A stretch of DNA of 64,000 bases from Candidatus Latescibacterota bacterium (GCA_965204375.1 OZ241986.1:4128001-4192000), one strand, 5' to 3'. Positions 50,120 through 60,438 are shown, counted from the stretch's first letter. The notes: generated by a model not told the origin, from the letters alone. A program made the numbers and translations.

Positions 50120-51439
50120 CTATTCTATCAAATACCGCGGAAGAGAGGTCGCCATTTCGGGGAAGGTAATCACGAGCGTCACGCCAATAAGCTGAATAAT
50201 AATAAACGGAATAATCCCCCGATAAATATGACCCGTGCGGACTTCGGGCGGCGCGACCCCCTTCAGATAGAAAAGCGAAAAACCAAAAGGCGGGGTCAAA
50301 AAAGAAGTCTGCAAATTCATCGCAATCAGAATCCCCAACCACAGGAGATTGACATCCAGCGCGACAAAAATAGGCGCGACAACCGGAACAATAATAAACG
50401 TAATCTCGATAAAATCGATAAAAAATCCCGCCACAAAAATCATAACCATCACAAGCGCGAGAAACTCTCCCGGACTCATGTTCGCCGAGAGAATGAGATT
50501 GGTCAAATAAGCATCGCCGCGCATACCGCGAAACACCAGACCAAACGCCGTCGCACCAACCAGAATAATAAAAACCATACACGTCAGATGGGTCGTCTCC
50601 GCCATCACGGACTTCAGTGTCCGATATGAAAATTTCTTTTGCACCACCGTCAAAATCGTCGCGCCAAACGCGCCCACCGCTGCCGCCTCGGTAGGAGAAG
50701 CAAAACCCGCAAAAATAGAGCCGAGTACCGCAAAAACGAGAAGAGCGGGCAGAACAAACGCATTGAAAACGCGCTTCACCATCGCTATGCCGCGAAATTG
50801 GGCGAGTTCTTCTTCGGGCATAGCGGGCGCCCAGTCGGATTTGAAAATCGCAATAAAAATAAGATAGACCATATAAAGGCCAACCAGCACGAGACCGGGA
50901 AATACCGCGCCCAGGAACATATCCCCGATAGACACATTGAGGATGCTACCCAGGAGCACCAGCACGATACTCGGTGGGAGAATTTGCCCAAGCGTGCCCG
51001 ACGCCGAAATCGTCCCCGCAGCGACCTCGGCACGGTATCCCCTCTTCAGCATCGTCGGCAAGCTCAACAAGCCCATCGTGACAACGGTTGCCCCCACAAT
51101 CCCCGTAGATGCGCCGAGCATCGCACCCACAGCGACAACGGAAAGTGCCAGCCCACCGCGCAACCGACCAAAAAGCAGGGCCATCGTCTCCAGCAATTCT
51201 TCCGCCAGCCCGGACTTCTCTAACATCACCCCCATAAACACAAACAAAGGCACGGCAATCAGCACATAATTGGTCATCACCCCCCAGATACGCAGGGGCA
51301 AAAGATTAAAAAAGGTGGGACCAAACGTGAAGTAGCCGAGAATAAAAGAAACACCGCCAAGAGTGAAGGCAACGGGAAATCCGAGCAGAAGAAGGAGGAA
51401 GAGGACGCCAAAGAGAATCAAGGGCATAGCTTCGATCAT
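50120..51439 (-). CDS. dctM: TRAP large permease
   Basis: GFPVAF, ASGTLGQILPPS, SPTEAA, QTSFLTPPFG. Confidence 0.95.
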   Translation of the reverse strand: MIEAMPLILFGVLFLLLLLGFPVAFTLGGVSFILGYFTFGPTFFNLLPLRIWGVMTNYVLIAVPLFVFMGVMLEKSGLAEELLETMALLFGRLRGGLALSVVAVGAMLGASTGIVGATVVTMGLLSLPTMLKRGYRAEVAAGTISASGTLGQILPPSIVLVLLGSILNVSIGDMFLGAVFPGLVLVGLYMVYLIFIAIFKSDWAPAMPEEELAQFRGIAMVKRVFNAFVLPALLVFAVLGSIFAGFASPTEAAAVGAFGATILTVVQKKFSYRTLKSVMAETTHLTCMVFIILVGATAFGLVFRGMRGDAYLTNLILSANMSPGEFLALVMVMIFVAGFFIDFIEITFIIVPVVAPIFVALDVNLLWLGILIAMNLQTSFLTPPFGFSLFYLKGVAPPEVRTGHIYRGIIPFIIIQLIGVTLVITFPEMATSLPRYLIE

Positions 51440-51960
51440 GCATCCACCTCCTCATCCTGCCCGAGAATCGTGAGCAAAGACCGACACGCCAGAGCCAGGC
51501 CCTGAAGCAAAAGAAAGAAAAAACCGAGGGGAATAGCCGCTTTGAGCACCCATCGGGCGGGCAGGCCACCCGGATCGGGTGATATTTCGCCGATGCGGAA
51601 GGCATTGGCGACAAAAGACTGCGAACTGACAATGACAATCATGCAAAAAGGGATGAGAAATAGGAGGCTGCCAAAGAGATTCACGCACGCTTGTTTGCGG
51701 CGAGAAAAGCGGCTGTAGAACAGATCGACGCGCACATGGTTGTCGTGCTTGAGCGAATACGCGGCACCGATGAGAAAGATGAGGGCAAACAGATGCCATT
51801 GAAGTTCCTGAACAGCAACCAGACTATTCTTCAACAAATACCGGGTAAAAACATCGTAACACACCACCGCCACCAGCACAGCGGTAAGCCACGCAATCGC
51901 CCTGCCAACGCGCTCATTTAATCCATCGACAAATCGGATATATGCTCTTAACACCTGCAA
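51436..51960 (-). CDS. dctQ: TRAP small permease
   Basis: QELQWHL, HVRVDLFY, GEISPDPGGLP. Confidence 0.93.
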   Translation of the reverse strand: MQVLRAYIRFVDGLNERVGRAIAWLTAVLVAVVCYDVFTRYLLKNSLVAVQELQWHLFALIFLIGAAYSLKHDNHVRVDLFYSRFSRRKQACVNLFGSLLFLIPFCMIVIVSSQSFVANAFRIGEISPDPGGLPARWVLKAAIPLGFFFLLLQGLALACRSLLTILGQDEEVDA

Positions 51961-51993
51961 AATACGCTCCTGAAACTCGAGTTACCTGGAAAA

Positions 51994-52260
51994 TCACCCT
52001 TCCATTGCCTGCTGAATTTCATCTATCGTTGGCTCATCGCCAGGCTGCGTTTTTTGTAGAAAATCTCCAAATTTAGCGATCACAAGGTCAGGATTTTTTC
52101 CACTCAGACGACTTTTCATCCACTCGATAGTTTCATCCTGTTGGACAGCAGCTTGAAGCCAATAGTTTACCAAACTGTTAAAAGACATATTTTTCTTTTT
52201 TGCCAGCCGCATCGCTTTGTCCTTTAGTTCGTCCGGCAATCGTACAGAAATCGCGCTCAT
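51994..52260 (-). CDS. Ribbon-helix-helix antitoxin
   Basis: ISVRLPDELK...A....SFNSL. Confidence 0.8.
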   Translation of the reverse strand: MSAISVRLPDELKDKAMRLAKKKNMSFNSLVNYWLQAAVQQDETIEWMKSRLSGKNPDLVIAKFGDFLQKTQPGDEPTIDEIQQAMEG

Positions 52261-52276
52261 AGTCTGTCTCCATCGG

Positions 52277-52579
52277 CTATAGATACAGGTCACAGAATTG
52301 TTGAGGAGTCAAAACTACCAGATCTGGAAATCTCAACTCACCTGTTCGAAAGTCTGTAACATTTTTTGTTATCACTAAAGCGTTGGTTGCAACAGCCGCT
52401 TCTAATACAAAATTGTCCTCTTCATCGGGCAGGTTTGGACGCCATAAATAAAAGACTTCAGATGGAACTGTTGCCTTTTGAATATTCTGAAGAATTTTGA
52501 AACTGGGAGAGTCTATACGGCGACATAGTCCAGCTACAAGTACATTTGTATCGAGAACGACCAGTGGCGGCGTTGCCAA
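52277..52579 (-). pseudogene. PIN_3-type toxin with apparent internal in-frame deletion
   Basis: VLDTNVLVA and LWRPNLPDEEDNFVLEAA..T.N..DF present; central helix with the conserved Glu missing; only 100 aa. Confidence 0.65.
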
Positions 52580-52651
52580 GTTATCATCCCTTAAGCGATA
52601 AGTGGTTGCTTGCCTAACGTCGATAATATAAATAAATTCACAAAGTAAGCG

Positions 52652-52722
52652 ACAAAATATGATCCTTGATACAGAATCATATTTTGTGTAAATTTAATTT
52701 GTCATTTTGAATTTACACAAAA
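52652..52722. promoter_or_regulatory. Two overlapping inverted repeats upstream of the AAA ATPase
   Basis: ACAAAATATGAT..ATCATATTTTGT and TTTTGTGTAAATT..AATTTACACAAAA. Confidence 0.5.
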
Positions 52723-52731
52723 AACGCGCCC

Positions 52732-53883
52732 ATGAATTATCGTCCTCGACAAATTGAACCCATCCTGTCCGACTATCTCAATGCCTTCCCTGTAGTGGGC
52801 ATTACAGGACCCCGGCAATCAGGAAAATCTACGCTCCTCCAACACGTCCTGCGCGACGCTTACACCTATGTCACATTTGACGACATAAGACAACTGGCAT
52901 TATTTGAAGACGACCCCGAAAAATTTATGCAAATGTATCGCCACCGCGTTATATTTGACGAAGTGCAAAAAGCCCCCGCACTTTTCAACCACATCAAACT
53001 CGCCGTTGATCGAGACCGCAATACCTATGGCAAATTTGTACTCACCGGATCCAGCCAATTTTTGCTCATGCAAAATGTAGCGGATAGTCTGGCAGGGCGC
53101 ATTGGTCTATTGTCACTTCTACCCTTTGATCATAAAGAATTGCCCAAAGCACTTTGTGAAACAGCGATATGGCGCGGCTCTTATCCCGAACTGGTCACGC
53201 GCCATTATCGCAATGCCGACGACTGGTATGCCTCCTATATTGAGACCTACCTCGCACGCGACGTGCGAGACATAGCACAAATTGGCAATCTGCGCGACTT
53301 TCGGAACCTGATTCAGTTGCTCGCGGCAAATACGGCACAGGTACTCAACATGTCTCGCCTTGCCAGTGACCTGGGCGTCACAATGCCCACGATCAAACGG
53401 TGGATTTCCATATTAGAAATGTCTTACGTCATCTTTCTCTTGCCCCCTTATTTTCGGAATTTCGGCAAGCGGGTTATCAAACGCCCAAAAATATATTTTT
53501 ACGACACGGGACTGGTATCGGCTCTCACGGGCATTCGGACTGAAGAAATGTATGACCGCGGACCGATGGCCGGTGCGCTTTTTGAAAATCATATCCTATC
53601 TCAAGTACTCAAACACCACAAACACACCAATCGGCGTTGTGAATTTTATTTTTACCGAACCAGTCACGGCGTAGAGATCGATCTCGTTATTGACACGGGA
53701 CAAACCCGACATTTTGTCGAAATAAAAAAAACCGCGACCTTCCGGCCTCGTCTCATAAAAACACTCAACACACTTGCGCCTCAAGCCGACACAGCGACGC
53801 TGGTCTATCAGGGAGATTCCCTGCCTTACGGCAATATTCGCATTTGCAACTGGTCAAACTATCTCACCCACAACAAGGAGTAA
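52732..53883 (+). CDS. AAA_14 ATPase + DUF4143 protein
   Basis: GPRQSGKST, DEVQK, LTGS, SLAGR, PKIYFYDTG, EIDLV...EIK. Confidence 0.92.
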   Translation: MNYRPRQIEPILSDYLNAFPVVGITGPRQSGKSTLLQHVLRDAYTYVTFDDIRQLALFEDDPEKFMQMYRHRVIFDEVQKAPALFNHIKLAVDRDRNTYGKFVLTGSSQFLLMQNVADSLAGRIGLLSLLPFDHKELPKALCETAIWRGSYPELVTRHYRNADDWYASYIETYLARDVRDIAQIGNLRDFRNLIQLLAANTAQVLNMSRLASDLGVTMPTIKRWISILEMSYVIFLLPPYFRNFGKRVIKRPKIYFYDTGLVSALTGIRTEEMYDRGPMAGALFENHILSQVLKHHKHTNRRCEFYFYRTSHGVEIDLVIDTGQTRHFVEIKKTATFRPRLIKTLNTLAPQADTATLVYQGDSLPYGNIRICNWSNYLTHNKE

Positions 53884-53887
53884 CCCC

Positions 53888-55318
53888 ATGCCAGAACAAC
53901 CGAACATCCTCCTCTTCATCAGCGACCAACAGCGCACGGACACCTTGAAATGTTACGGCAACGACTGGATACAATCGCCGCATCAAGACGCCCTTGCAGA
54001 ACGCAGCTTCGTCTTTGAAAACACCTACGTCACCCAACCCGTATGCACCCCTGCCCGCGGATCGCTCATGACCGGACTATACCCGCACAACCACAAATGC
54101 ATGGTCAACCGCGACATATTACACGACGAAATCCCATCCATCGCAGAAATGCTACCCGACACCTATCGGAAAGCCATGTTTGGAAAATGGCACCTCGGCG
54201 ACGACTCCGTGCGACAACACGGCTTTGACGAATGGATCAGCACAGAAGACGACCACCGCAACAAATACTCCCGCCCCGGCCTGCCCTTCAGCAGCTATTA
54301 CTACTGGATGAAAGAACAAGGCATAGAACCCCAAAACAACAGCGCCACTGGAGAAATCATCTTCTCACCGCGCCAGCGCTCCCAACTCCCCGCAGAATAC
54401 CAGATGGGCACCTTCATCGCCAACCACTCCGAGCGATTCATCCGGGAAAACACACACCGCCCCTGGCTCCTCGTATTCAGCACATTTGAGCCACACCCCC
54501 CAATGACCGGACCCTACGACGGCATGTACGACCCCGATGCCCTGCCCGTTGGCCCCACCTTCATCAAAAAACCAGAAGGACACGCCCTGTTTAACCGCGC
54601 GCGTGCAGAACACTACCTCAGCAACAGGGTTGAAGGTCAAGACATGCGACAAGAAGCATCCTGGCGAAAACTGCGGGCGCAATACTACGGCAACGTAAAA
54701 ATCATCGACGACGCCATAGGCCGCATGGTACAGACACTGGAAGAAACCGGACAAATGGAAAACACCATCTTTGCCGTCACCAGCGACCACGGCGAAATGG
54801 CAGGCGACCACGCCATGTTCGAAAAACGCGCATTCTACGAAGAATCCGCGCGCGTACCCATGATCTTAAGCGTCCCGTGGCTCACACAATCGCAAAAGCG
54901 CATCGACGGCGTCTTTGGACACGCGGACCTGATCGCCACCCTCATAGAATTGGCCAATCAGCCACGCCTCCAAACCCTCCCGGGCCGCCCGTGTGCCGAC
55001 GTCTTAAACGGCGAAACCGACCTGCGCAATCACACCGCATTCATGGAATGGAACGGCATTGGCGACCGCAACCTGGGCAACCCCAAAATCAACCTCATGG
55101 CCACCTTGCCCTGGCGCTGTGCCGTAACCGGAGACCGGTGGAAACTCAACTTATGTGCCGGCGACCAGTGCGAATTATTCGACCTGAACAACGACCCTTA
55201 TGAAGAAACCAACCTCTATGACGACCCTGCGCACCGCGACCGGGCGCGGGAAATCGCGGCTCGCATACGACTGTGGCAACACGAAACAAACGACCACGCG
55301 CCATTGCCTGCGATCTGA
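53888..55318 (+). CDS. Cys-type sulfatase
   Basis: PNILLFISDQQR, CTPAR, GKWHL, EPHPP, SDHGEM. Confidence 0.93.
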   Translation: MPEQPNILLFISDQQRTDTLKCYGNDWIQSPHQDALAERSFVFENTYVTQPVCTPARGSLMTGLYPHNHKCMVNRDILHDEIPSIAEMLPDTYRKAMFGKWHLGDDSVRQHGFDEWISTEDDHRNKYSRPGLPFSSYYYWMKEQGIEPQNNSATGEIIFSPRQRSQLPAEYQMGTFIANHSERFIRENTHRPWLLVFSTFEPHPPMTGPYDGMYDPDALPVGPTFIKKPEGHALFNRARAEHYLSNRVEGQDMRQEASWRKLRAQYYGNVKIIDDAIGRMVQTLEETGQMENTIFAVTSDHGEMAGDHAMFEKRAFYEESARVPMILSVPWLTQSQKRIDGVFGHADLIATLIELANQPRLQTLPGRPCADVLNGETDLRNHTAFMEWNGIGDRNLGNPKINLMATLPWRCAVTGDRWKLNLCAGDQCELFDLNNDPYEETNLYDDPAHRDRAREIAARIRLWQHETNDHAPLPAI

Positions 55319-55516
55319 ATCAGGATTCTCAGGATTTAAGGATGAACAGGATGAAAGGCAAAAAGCGAAAGGCAAAAGGCGAAAGGCGTCTGAATCAGGA
55401 TTCTCAGGATTTAAGGATGAACAGGATGAAAGGCAAAAAGCGAAAGGCAAAATCAAAACCTCTGGATCGCGGCTTACACCCTGCCGCGATGACAAGTGCG
55501 CTCATCACGCCCCTAC
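55314..55516. repeat. Composite element with a 75-bp tandem duplication; supplies the sulfatase TGA
   Basis: TCTGAATCAGGATTCTCAGG.. at 55314 and 55389, then CTGGATCGCGG palindrome and GCCCCTAC. Confidence 0.88.
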
Positions 55517-55735
55517 TGAATTGACATTCAAACTCCTGTAATAATTTACCTTGCAAATAAGAAGAGAATGACTATATTGCATATTGAGTGAGAATGTGGA
55601 ATTGTGGTATTAGCGGGACTTCCCCTCCCTCTGGCTCTGCCTTCCGAATATCTCACTTTCCCCACTCATTCGGTCCGACTCTGTTTATATCAGAGAGCGG
55701 TGTAGTGTGTTTCACATCTCTTGAGGAATCCTGCC

Positions 55736-55951
55736 ATGGACGACGCGGCACTGTTAAAACTGCTGGAGGCTGGGATTGGCGAAGAAGTTGCTGCTACACA
55801 ATTAAACTTATCTCCCCAACAGGTAAAAGGACGAATCAGAGAATATTTGCAAGCAGGCATCTTAAATTGCAATGGCGAACGCGAAACCATCAACTGGAAA
55901 GCCTTTGGCAAATGGAAAAAACTGGCACAAACTGTTGAAACCGCGCATTAA
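55736..55951 (+). CDS. Small putative HTH DNA-binding protein
   Basis: GAGGA RBS; VAATQLNLSPQQVKGRI; followed by a hairpin with T-run at 55983-56015. Confidence 0.6.
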   Translation: MDDAALLKLLEAGIGEEVAATQLNLSPQQVKGRIREYLQAGILNCNGERETINWKAFGKWKKLAQTVETAH

Positions 55952-56031
55952 AAAAAGCAAAAACGGATTGATGTAACAAAATGGGCAGTCGCATGTGTGC
56001 AACTGCCCGTTTTTTATCTGAAAGCGTAAAA

Positions 56032-57234
56032 ATGAGTAACTGGTGTACCTCCATACTCTTTCTTTTAACCTTCGCAACAACTGTTCCAGCAACACAGGTA
56101 CAAATGGGCGTAGATGTATTTTTGGAACACCACACCTATCTAACAGAAAATGCACGGGTCGGATTGATCACCAACCCCACGGGACGCACAAAAACAGGCA
56201 CCACAACAATCGCCGCCCTGCAGCAGCACCCCGACATAAACCTCGTCGCCCTATTTGCACTTGAACACGGAATCAAAGCACAAGCAAAAGCCGGCGAACA
56301 CGTGCGCGACACGCAAATGGACAGCCTGCCCGTATATTCCCTCTACGGAAGCGGCCGCTCCCTGCAATCTGCACTGGACAACATCGACGTCATAATCTAC
56401 GACATCCAGGACGTGGGCAGCAGAGCCTACACCTACATCTGGAGCCTGACCAAAATCATAAAAGCCGCGGGCGAACACAACAAGCGCGTCATCGTCCTCG
56501 ACCGCCCCAACCCCCTCGGCGGGCGAACCGTAGATGGACCCATAAGCGAAAAAAAATGGCGATCATTAGTTGGAGGGCTATACCCGGTACCCCGCGCGTA
56601 TGGACTCACAGCAGGAGAACTCGCGCGATATCTCAACCGCGAACACCTGCTCGCGTGTTCCCTCACCGTCGTCCCCATGGAAGGATACCAGCGCAACACG
56701 CGCTGGGCGGACATCGGACGCGACTGGATCGAGCCATCGCCCAACATTCCATCTCCCGAATCTGCCATAACCTTTGCCGCAACCGGAACCATTGGCACAT
56801 TGGGAACCCTGCACATCGGCATAGGAACCGACATGCCCTTTCAAATCGTTGGCGCGCCGTGGATCAACGCAAAAAAAACAGCCCGCGGACTGAACGCCAT
56901 GCAACTGCCCGGCGTAGAATTTCAACCCATAATATTTGAACCCGACACATGGCTCTTTCGCAACAAAAAAGTACAGGCTATATTCCTGCACATAACAGAC
57001 CCCATCGCCTTTCGACCCACGCGCACAGAAATAACCATACTCACACATCTCATAGCAACATATCCCGAATTCAAAATCCCAAAAGACCGGTATAAACGCT
57101 TTGACAGTGCCATGGGAACCAGCACCGTGCGCGAAGCCCTCTTAAAAGGCGACAGCGCAAAAAAAATATGGGAACAGTGGGAGGAGGAATTGGAGGAATT
57201 TTCCACCGCGCGAGAAAAATACTTTTTGTATTAA
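56032..57234 (+). CDS. DUF1343 exo-beta-N-acetylmuramidase NamZ-like protein
   Basis: GLITNPTG, EHG, YDIQDVGSRAYTY, LDRPNP, T.GELA, SPNIP. Confidence 0.9.
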   Translation: MSNWCTSILFLLTFATTVPATQVQMGVDVFLEHHTYLTENARVGLITNPTGRTKTGTTTIAALQQHPDINLVALFALEHGIKAQAKAGEHVRDTQMDSLPVYSLYGSGRSLQSALDNIDVIIYDIQDVGSRAYTYIWSLTKIIKAAGEHNKRVIVLDRPNPLGGRTVDGPISEKKWRSLVGGLYPVPRAYGLTAGELARYLNREHLLACSLTVVPMEGYQRNTRWADIGRDWIEPSPNIPSPESAITFAATGTIGTLGTLHIGIGTDMPFQIVGAPWINAKKTARGLNAMQLPGVEFQPIIFEPDTWLFRNKKVQAIFLHITDPIAFRPTRTEITILTHLIATYPEFKIPKDRYKRFDSAMGTSTVREALLKGDSAKKIWEQWEEELEEFSTAREKYFLY

Positions 57235-57248
57235 AAAGGAGCATCATA

Positions 57249-57881
57249 ATGCCCGGCGTCATATTCTGGGATGTCGATACCCAATACGACTTCATCATGC
57301 CCGACGGCAAACTCTACGTCACCGCATCGGAAAAGCGCTTGCCGAACCTCAAAAAACTCACAGACCATGCGAGACAACGGGGCATCCCCATCTACGGCTC
57401 GGTTGACAACCACCAGATAACCGACCCCGAAATCTCCGACAACCCGGACTTTCTGGAAACCTTTCCGCCCCACTGCATCGCCGGCACAGAAGGACAAAAA
57501 AAAGTACCCGAAACCCAACCGCAAAACCCCCTCTGGATCGACCCGGACGCCCCGGGCGACCTCATCAGCCGGGTACAAAAACACCGCGGAGAAATCATCT
57601 TTCGCAAACAGCGCTTCGACGTCTTCACCAACCCCAACGTCGAACCTGTACTCAACGCCATCAAACCCGACCGCATCGTCCTCTACGGCGTAGCCCTCGA
57701 CGTATGCAACGCCTATGCCATCAACGGCTTCTTAAACCGCAACACAGCGCCTATCCAGCTCGTCCTGGACGCCACACAAGCCATCGACCCCGAACGCGGC
57801 GACCGCATGGTAGATAACTGGCAACAACAGGGCGTCGAAATTGTATCCACAGATAAAATCATAAAGGCAAGTGAGAAGTAA
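57249..57881 (+). CDS. Isochorismatase family (nicotinamidase-like) hydrolase
   Basis: DVDTQYDF..PDG.L, FPPHC..GT.G, K..FDVF, GVALDVC. Confidence 0.9.
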   Translation: MPGVIFWDVDTQYDFIMPDGKLYVTASEKRLPNLKKLTDHARQRGIPIYGSVDNHQITDPEISDNPDFLETFPPHCIAGTEGQKKVPETQPQNPLWIDPDAPGDLISRVQKHRGEIIFRKQRFDVFTNPNVEPVLNAIKPDRIVLYGVALDVCNAYAINGFLNRNTAPIQLVLDATQAIDPERGDRMVDNWQQQGVEIVSTDKIIKASEK

Positions 57882-57989
57882 GAAGTAAGAAGTGAGAAGG
57901 CCCCGCTCCACCACCCAAAAGCTGGTGCCTTATCCCACTTCACACTTCACACTTCACACTTCACACTTCACACTTCACACTTCACACTT
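57869..57989 (+). repeat. Heptamer-arm element (GAAGTRA)n-core-(ACTTCAC)n
   Basis: Core GGCCCCGCTCCACCACCCAAAAGCTGGTGCCT; supplies the TAA of the upstream gene. Confidence 0.92.
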
Positions 57990-57993
57990 TACT

Positions 57994-59778
57994 ATGAACG
58001 TCTTCCTTCGCCTCATCACCTATATCCGCCCTTATTTGGGCCGCGTGAGCATCGGCATCGGCGCCACCCTCCTCATCATCGGCCTCGACGCCGTACAACC
58101 CCTGCTCATGCGCGACGTCATCGACGACATCTTAACCCCCTACTTCACAGAAGGGCGTTACATCGGCGGCGACTTCGCCGACACAAAAATCGCAGCCGAC
58201 TTCGACCTGCTCCAATTCTACGCCCTGCTCCTCCTCGGCGTCTATATCCTCCGCACCATCTTCAGCTTCATCAACCGCTACCTCCTCAGCCGAACGGGAC
58301 AGGACATCCTCTTCAGCCTCCGCGTCCAGGTCTATGACCACCTCCAGCACCTGGGCCTGCGCTTTTACAACGACCGCAGCACAGGCGAACTCATGTCGCG
58401 CGTAACCGCCGACGTCGAATCCCTTCAAAACACCGTCACAGACACCCTGGAACGCGTACTCATCGACATCGCAACCGTCATCATCTTCGGCAGCATCCTC
58501 TTTGCCCTCAGCTTTGAACTCGCCCTCATCACCCTGTTGCCCATGCCCATATACAGCATCCTCATCATCTTCTACAACCGCACCATACGCCCCTATTACA
58601 CCATGGCGCGCGAACGCATCGCCGACATCAGCGCCCTCTTGCAAGACAACCTCTCCGGCATCCGCGTCATCAAATGCTTTGCCCGCGAAGGCCACGAACT
58701 CTCTCGCTTCACCCAAAAATGCAGAGCCTTCCTCACCATCAGCATCACCATCATCAAAACCCGCGTCGCCTTCTTCCCCCTCACCCGATTCATCATCTCC
58801 ATGGGCCCCCTCCTCGTCCTCCTCTTTGGCGGGCGACAAATCATCTCGGGCGACCTCACCATCGGCACCCTCTTCGCCTTTCAAAGCTACCTCTGGCAAT
58901 TCTACAGACCCGTAGAAAGCCTCACCCGCATCAACGACACCATCGTGCGCGCCTCTGCCTCAGCGCGTCGCATCTTTGAAATCCTGGACACCCAACCCGA
59001 AATAAAAGACACCCCCAACGCGCGCCCCTTTGACCGCCTGAACGGCAGCGTTGAATTTCGAAACGTCACCTTTGCCTACGAACACGGCCCCCCCGTCCTC
59101 CAGGGCGTATCCCTCAGCGCACAGTCCGGCCAACTCATCGGCCTCGTTGGACCCAGCGGCGCGGGCAAAACCACCATCATCAACCTCATCTGCCGCTTCT
59201 ACGACCCCGATTCTGGGACCGTGAGCGTTGACGGCCATGACCTCAAAAACATGCAACGCGCATCCCTGCGCAGCCAAATCGGCATGGTCTTACAAGAACC
59301 CTTCCTCTTCAACGGAACCATCCGCGAAAACATCGCTTATGGCAAACTCAACGCCACCGAAACCGACATCATCAACGCCGCCATGATGGCCAACGCGCAC
59401 GACTTCGTCTGCGGATTCCCGGACGCTTATGACACCCACATAGGCGAACGGGGCGTGCGCTTATCCGGCGGTGAAAAACAGCGCATCTCCATCGCCCGCG
59501 CCATCCTCAACGACCCGCGCATCCTCATCTTAGACGAAGCCACATCTTCTGTTGACACCGAAACCGAAATGCTCATCCAAAAAGCACTCGAACGCCTCAT
59601 GGAAGGCCGCACCACCTTTGCGATCGCCCATCGCCTATCCACCGTGCGCCGCGCCGACTGCCTCTACGTCATCGACCGCGGCAAAATCGTCGAATACGGC
59701 ACACACACCCAGCTACTCGCCAGCGACGGCCTCTACGCCCGCCTGTGCGACATGCAATTCGCGTTGGAAGAAGCGTGA
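57994..59778 (+). CDS. ABC transporter ATP-binding/permease (exporter type)
   Basis: TM domain, GPSGAGKT, LSGGEKQR, ILDEATS, IAHRLST. Confidence 0.95.
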   Translation: MNVFLRLITYIRPYLGRVSIGIGATLLIIGLDAVQPLLMRDVIDDILTPYFTEGRYIGGDFADTKIAADFDLLQFYALLLLGVYILRTIFSFINRYLLSRTGQDILFSLRVQVYDHLQHLGLRFYNDRSTGELMSRVTADVESLQNTVTDTLERVLIDIATVIIFGSILFALSFELALITLLPMPIYSILIIFYNRTIRPYYTMARERIADISALLQDNLSGIRVIKCFAREGHELSRFTQKCRAFLTISITIIKTRVAFFPLTRFIISMGPLLVLLFGGRQIISGDLTIGTLFAFQSYLWQFYRPVESLTRINDTIVRASASARRIFEILDTQPEIKDTPNARPFDRLNGSVEFRNVTFAYEHGPPVLQGVSLSAQSGQLIGLVGPSGAGKTTIINLICRFYDPDSGTVSVDGHDLKNMQRASLRSQIGMVLQEPFLFNGTIRENIAYGKLNATETDIINAAMMANAHDFVCGFPDAYDTHIGERGVRLSGGEKQRISIARAILNDPRILILDEATSSVDTETEMLIQKALERLMEGRTTFAIAHRLSTVRRADCLYVIDRGKIVEYGTHTQLLASDGLYARLCDMQFALEEA

Positions 59779-59891
59779 TGAAGTAAGAAGTAAGAAGTGA
59801 GAAGTAAGAAGTAAGAAGGCCCGCCCCAACCACCCAAAGGCTGGTACTTCCTCCTTCCTCCTTCACACTTCAACCTTCACACTTCACACTT
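59779..59891 (+). repeat. Heptamer-arm element
   Basis: (GAAGTRA)5 GGCCCGCCCCAACCACCCAAAGGCTGGT (CTTCCTC/CTTCACA)n fills the whole intergenic gap. Confidence 0.92.
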
Positions 59892-59895
59892 GCCT

Positions 59896-60438
59896 ATGGA
59901 CCTCATGATACAACCACTCATCCCAGAAACCATTGACTTATGTCAAAACGGCGACAGCCTGATCCTCTTTGCCGATGGAGAAGAACTGTACATCGATCAC
60001 ATCGTGCGCTGCTTTCCCTTTTCCACGCCCGACCAATGGATCAGCCTCCGCGACCGAGACGGAACCGAACTCGGCCTCTTGCCCACACTCGACGGACTAA
60101 ATGCACAATCGCGGGCACGCGTTGAAGAACACCTCAAAGACCGCTATGACATCCCCAAAATCCAGACCATACTCAACATCGAAAGCAACAAAGAAGGCGG
60201 CACAACCTGGGACATCGACACCGACGCGGGACCCATGAACTTCACAATCCGCGGCGATCAGAATCTCAACCTCAACGCATTTCCCGAAATCGTATTCACC
60301 GATGGCATAACGCGCAAACGCTACAAAATTCCCGACTACACCAAACTCGACCGCGCCAGCCAAAAAATCGCCCGCGCGTACCTGCCCATGAGCTCTCGCC
60401 ATTACTCAGGCCGCCGCGGAGGCAGGAGCAGAAGGTGA
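59896..60438 (+). CDS. DUF1854 family protein
   Basis: VRCFPFSTPDQWISL.D.DG.ELG, Y.IPKI..I, W.IDTD.G, D....RY.IPD...LD..S. Confidence 0.85.
   Translation: MDLMIQPLIPETIDLCQNGDSLILFADGEELYIDHIVRCFPFSTPDQWISLRDRDGTELGLLPTLDGLNAQSRARVEEHLKDRYDIPKIQTILNIESNKEGGTTWDIDTDAGPMNFTIRGDQNLNLNAFPEIVFTDGITRKRYKIPDYTKLDRASQKIARAYLPMSSRHYSGRRGGRSRR

Noticed and set aside
52612-52620. GTTAGGC on the minus strand before the PIN gene as an integron attC core
   Set aside because: No matching palindromic attC and no integron integrase in the window
57892-57993. N-terminal extension of the ABC transporter (also long extensions of gpmI, pafA and the MTase in the ORF track)
   Set aside because: They run through repeat elements or intergenic DNA; downstream ATGs match the family N-termini
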